DNA of 64,000 nucleotides from Patescibacteria group bacterium (GTDB lineage Bacteria; Patescibacteriota; Patescibacteriia; UBA9934; GWF2-40-263): NCBI GenBank assembly GCA_041661745.1, contig JBAZTR010000002.1, positions 132,368 to 196,367 of the forward strand, read 5' to 3'. Shown piece by piece: positions 60,578 to 64,000 of this stretch (position 1 is its first letter; each line of letters starts with the position of its first letter). The notes under the pieces were generated by a model. It saw only the letters and a program-made list of their open reading frames with translations, ran no database searches and was not told where the DNA came from. The position numbers and the translations under genes were made by a program.

Positions 60578-60760
60578 TTTGAGAAGAAAAAATATGATTT
60601 ACTATTTTGTCTACGTCGCTTCGGCGATCGGTACGTTGGGAGTTTTGCTCGGATTGAGCTAACTCAAAAAGCACGAGAGAAAAATCTCACGTGTGCTTCA
60701 TGATTTATAACCTCACCCCGCCCTCCCCTTAGTAAGGAGAGGGAGTTACAAATCATGAAG
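60578..60760 (+). repeat. 180-bp leader repeat, copy B
   Basis: See copy A. Contains mini-ORF 60594-60662 and the same two hairpins. Confidence 0.85.
60594..60662 (+). CDS. 22-aa hydrophobic mini-ORF (MIYYFVYVASAIGTLGVLLGLS)
   Basis: Paralog of 59229-59297. Confidence 0.4.
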   Translation: MIYYFVYVASAIGTLGVLLGLS

Positions 60761-60992
60761 CTCTCGCGAGTCTTCCAAGGTCGAGTCTAACTCGACAGAG
60801 GGAAAAAGAGAGAGCTTTGACAACAAGAAACCGCGCATCGGAAGTGTGGATGAGGTGTAGGCATTAAGTCGGTGAATCGAAAGATTCAATACCGCAGCCG
60901 TAGCCAGAAATGGCTCACCAAAACTTCACGCAACCGGTGCGCACTATACCGCTGTTCCCGTCGGTTTGTTACGGGAAAAAAGGTAAGAGACA

Positions 60993-61295
60993 ATGGCGAA
61001 GCCGGTCATCACCATCACCGATCGCCCCGACACCCGCCTCGTCACGTTCGAGATTCCGGGGGGCGTCACCACGCCCGTCGAGTTCGCGGATGCCGTCCGG
61101 GAGATCGCGGATCGCCTCCCCGGCACCCTCCCGGTCCTGCTGAACGGACGCGGCCCGGTCTGGGGGTACGCGATGCTCGTCCACGCGGCGCACCCGACGC
61201 CGGCGGTGGCCACCTTCGACCCCCGCCTCGGGTACATCGTCGTCGCGACCCACGATGAGCGGTTCGCCGTCGGCAACGTGATCGACAGCGAGTAG
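60993..61295 (+). CDS. Hypothetical 100-aa protein (GC-rich)
   Basis: Strong GC3 bias. GGTAAGAGACAATG ribosome-binding site. No motif recognised. Confidence 0.5.
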   Translation: MAKPVITITDRPDTRLVTFEIPGGVTTPVEFADAVREIADRLPGTLPVLLNGRGPVWGYAMLVHAAHPTPAVATFDPRLGYIVVATHDERFAVGNVIDSE

Positions 61296-61371
61296 TATCA
61301 AACTCGCACTCCTGCCGGACGCACGAGGTCGTCCGGGACAACAGGCTAACTAACCTCAACCGGAGGGTGGC

Positions 61372-62019
61372 ATGTCCACCACCGATTCCGACCCCCGCGG
61401 GTCATACAAAGGAATCGTGGTGGCCATCGGCGGGCCGCCACATTCCGGAAAATCAGTGTTCCTCGCGGAGCTGTACCGACAGCTTCTCGCGAGACGGCCC
61501 TCCGGCACGTTCCTGCAAAGGGCGTGCCCGGACGGCGAGGGCATGTGGTCAGCCGAGTCTGACCCAACCCTCGTCGCCGAGATTCGGAGGAAAGGGACTT
61601 TCTCCTCAGAGTTCATGGGCTTCACCCTGAAGTCCGTCGAACGCCTGGGGAGGACAATGTCCATCGTCCTCTTGGACCTCGGGGGCCGGCGGACCGCGGA
61701 GAACGCCGAAATTCTCCGCCGGTCATCGCACCTCCTGGTGCTCTCGTCGAAAGACACAGAGTGCCAGCCGTGGTGCGAGTTTGCCGAGGCTGAGGGGTGC
61801 AAACCTCTCGCGATCCTCGGCTCTCGGCTGGTCAAAGGAGTGGACGGCTCCCTTGATCAGACAGTGCGTAGCTGGGTTGATACGTCTGCCCGGCCCGTCC
61901 ACGGAGAAATGCTGAATCTGGACCGCCAGACCAGCAGCTCTCCGTACGCAGAGGCGATCGGCCAGTTCGCCGACTGGTTGATCGCGGAGGCGGATCGGTA
62001 CCGCCTTTGCAGGGGTTAG
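61372..62019 (+). CDS. P-loop NTPase (GC-rich)
   Basis: Walker A AIGGPPHSGKSV. Walker-B-like IVLLDLGG. Confidence 0.55.
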   Translation: MSTTDSDPRGSYKGIVVAIGGPPHSGKSVFLAELYRQLLARRPSGTFLQRACPDGEGMWSAESDPTLVAEIRRKGTFSSEFMGFTLKSVERLGRTMSIVLLDLGGRRTAENAEILRRSSHLLVLSSKDTECQPWCEFAEAEGCKPLAILGSRLVKGVDGSLDQTVRSWVDTSARPVHGEMLNLDRQTSSSPYAEAIGQFADWLIAEADRYRLCRG

Positions 62020-62242
62020 CCTCACCCATTGTCCTCTCGCCAGCAGACCGAGGGTGCAAACACAACAGTCTGCTAAAAAATCTGGAGGGCTTCACTCGCC
62101 TTCCCCAAAACCTTGTACCGATATGCACATGTCGAGTCCAGGGTTCCCACCATATGATTTGAACATAAATTTGAGTCATGTGGTGGGAATGTGATGAACA
62201 GAGGCAAAACCGCCAAAGTGAAACAACCCAACGAGGTCTAAA

Positions 62243-63451
62243 ATGGCATCGACAACGACTGCGACTGCGGCCCTGGCGGCCAAAGTCAAGGCGGTCAGTG
62301 TCGATGTTCTTGCCCGGAACATCGGGCGCGGCGACGTGGTTAAGGCCACGTGGCTCGCGCTACTTACGGGCCGTCCGGCGTTCTTTCTAGGATCGCCGGG
62401 CGTCAACAAGACCGGCACTGTCGAGGCCCTCGCGGGCCGAGTAGACGGTGCGGTTTTCTTCGAAGCCCTCATGCCGGTCATCGCGTCGAGCGAACAGCTC
62501 CTCGTCGAGTCGACCAGCATCGAGGAAATGCCGGCCGCAAACGGCGGCAAGAGCATCCGCACCCGCGATGAGCTAGGGCGCGCAGCGAAAGCGCACCTGG
62601 TCTTCGCGGACGAAATTTGGAAGGCGGACCCCCGTGTCCTCCAGACCCTGCTCGACCTTTCGAAAGGCGACGGGGTAAGGCATGAGGGGTCCATGGTCAA
62701 GACGCCGCTCATGGCGTTCTTGGCCGCATCGAACGAACTGCCCGAAGAGGAGGGAAACCTCGCGGCCCTGTGGTCCCGTATGACCATTAGGGTCGTGGTG
62801 AATCCTCTCGACCGCGGCGGCAAGCTCGCGCTTGCCAAGGCGCGGCTCGCCGGGCAAAAGTCGGGCGTGGGCGGCAACGCGGTTTCTTCCGCGAAGCTCT
62901 CGCTCGATGAAGTCCGTCAACTTCGTGCGGCCCGCAACACCGTCATCGTCCCGGACTCCATCGTGGAGCTTGTGCTGGAAATCTACCAGCAGCTCCTCGA
63001 CAAAGAGGACGGCGACTTCGATTGGCTGTGGGCCGACGATCGGCGCTTCGGCCGGGTTCTCGACGTCCTGCAGGCCAATGCCCTGCTCGACGGCCGGAAC
63101 ACGGTCACGAAGCAGGACCTCGCGGTCCTCGAGTGGCTGCTCTGGAATGATCCGGAGCAGATCGGGACGGTAAAGGCGGTGCTTGCACCGTACTGCCGGA
63201 CTCCGCTCGACGACGCCCGCGAGCTCGTCGATGCACTTCTGGCCCCGGGCGGAACCGTGGCCGAGGTTCGTGGTGGCGCACGAGGCAAGGGCGTCCAAGC
63301 GCTGACGCAGGTCGAAGAAACCTGCAAGGCGCTCGAGGCGCTCAAGGCCAACGCCGGCCCGCTTGCCGGCGACGTCGACGCCCTGCTCCGCCAGACCGTG
63401 GCGGTGAAACAGGAAGTAATCAACGTCATCACCGGCGCGGTCCGGAGGTAA
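62243..63451 (+). CDS. MoxR-like AAA+ ATPase (GC-rich)
   Basis: FLGSPGVNKTG (MoxR-type Walker A). HLVFADEIWKADPRVLQTLLDL (Walker B / sensor). Confidence 0.6.
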   Translation: MASTTTATAALAAKVKAVSVDVLARNIGRGDVVKATWLALLTGRPAFFLGSPGVNKTGTVEALAGRVDGAVFFEALMPVIASSEQLLVESTSIEEMPAANGGKSIRTRDELGRAAKAHLVFADEIWKADPRVLQTLLDLSKGDGVRHEGSMVKTPLMAFLAASNELPEEEGNLAALWSRMTIRVVVNPLDRGGKLALAKARLAGQKSGVGGNAVSSAKLSLDEVRQLRAARNTVIVPDSIVELVLEIYQQLLDKEDGDFDWLWADDRRFGRVLDVLQANALLDGRNTVTKQDLAVLEWLLWNDPEQIGTVKAVLAPYCRTPLDDARELVDALLAPGGTVAEVRGGARGKGVQALTQVEETCKALEALKANAGPLAGDVDALLRQTVAVKQEVINVITGAVRR

Positions 63452-63454
63452 GCA

Positions 63455-64000
63455 ATGGCCACCAAGCCGGCGCTTATCGGCCGCGGGGAGCTGCAGAAGC
63501 TTCTTGTGACTGATGCGGACGCGTTCACCGCGCTCCGCTACCTTCGTCACCGCGACGAAGTTCCTGCCCTCGCCGAAATTGAGGAGCAGGGAGAGGTAAA
63601 GCACCCCGGAACAGCCGGATGCCTTACGGATCTCTACCACGCACTTTGGGCCCCTGAGCCCGAGGTTCGCGAAGAGTCCAAGGTTCCGGCTGATCGCCGC
63701 TGGTGGCGCCAGCTTCTGGCCCAAACCGTTTCGACGGGTGGGTACCAGGAGCTACACGCCGCCACTGAACTCTCCGACCTTCGGAGTGTTCTCGGCACGG
63801 TCACAATGGGCGAGACGGTTCTTGCCTGTGTGTCCGACGAGGACGCCGAGAAGCTCGAGGAGCTTTCGCAGGCGCAGGCTAAGGCCGACGACTTGGCAGC
63901 GCAAGCTAGCCAGGCACAGGCCGAGGCCGACGCCATGCAAGCGGCATCCGGGGAAATGGAGGGGCAGACCGGCGCCGGTTCCCCTTCGGAAAAAAATTCC
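63455..64000 (+). CDS. Hypothetical protein, 5' partial (MoxR-adjacent partner; runs off the window end)
   Basis: ATG 4 nt after the MoxR stop. Open frame with GC3 bias to the end of the window. Confidence 0.45.
   Translation, partial: MATKPALIGRGELQKLLVTDADAFTALRYLRHRDEVPALAEIEEQGEVKHPGTAGCLTDLYHALWAPEPEVREESKVPADRRWWRQLLAQTVSTGGYQELHAATELSDLRSVLGTVTMGETVLACVSDEDAEKLEELSQAQAKADDLAAQASQAQAEADAMQAASGEMEGQTGAGSPSEKNS

Noticed and set aside
59278-63724. Many long ORFs on both strands inside the high-GC block (for example 59278..60276 minus, 59447..59995, 59484..60260, 60872..61258, 60944..61301, 61356..61835, 62176..62877, 62573..63724, 62983..63528)
   Set aside because: High GC content removes stop codons in all six frames. 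These ORFs overlap the chosen genes out of frame and have Arg/Pro/Ala-rich low-complexity translations. Only the frame with a ribosome-binding site plus ATG and recognisable motifs (P-loop, MoxR) was kept.

Overview
This 64-kb window is AT-rich (roughly 40-45% GC by eye) and looks like a reduced-genome bacterium. Several things point to the Candidate Phyla Radiation (Patescibacteria): many small genes, a glycosyltransferase (GT4) / DUF4012 / FemAB surface-glycan cluster, a 16S rRNA gene with atypical 'universal' primer sites, and no 23S gene after the 16S. The housekeeping backbone includes secG, an oligopeptide-type substrate-binding protein, RNase J, trpS, an RNase P RNA candidate, ruvA, rpsP, trmD, a KH-domain protein, 16S + tRNA-Ile + tRNA-Phe, ruvC, a YebC-family regulator, rpoC, rpoB, ftsK, recA, efp, rpsR-ssb-rpsF and a Xer recombinase.

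On top of that backbone are several unexplained layers:
- Four tRNA loci (Leu, Arg, Ile, Pro) each carry a short GC-rich double-hairpin element. Each is bounded by an exact 12-20 nt duplicate of the adjacent tRNA end, and the element is tandemly duplicated at tRNA-Arg.
- Several families of GC-rich or purine/pyrimidine palindromic intergenic repeats are present. At least one palindrome sits in-frame inside a methyltransferase gene.
- Small high-GC islands carry a GNAT acetyltransferase, a thymidine kinase and several hypothetical genes.
- The window ends (about 59.4-64 kb) with a block of about 65-70% GC genes: a P-loop NTPase, a MoxR-like AAA ATPase and partner genes. Each transcription unit in this block is preceded by a nearly identical, native-composition (AT-rich) 180-bp leader repeat that encodes a 22-aa hydrophobic mini-ORF followed by hairpins. 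One of these leaders ends in a terminator/attenuator directly before the start codon.
- A 1.1-kb gene-free region (58.3-59.4 kb) holds a promoter-plus-terminator-bounded candidate ncRNA of about 200 nt and a TTCGTA hexamer array.

All calls were made by eye from the sequence and the supplied ORF track. No database search was run.
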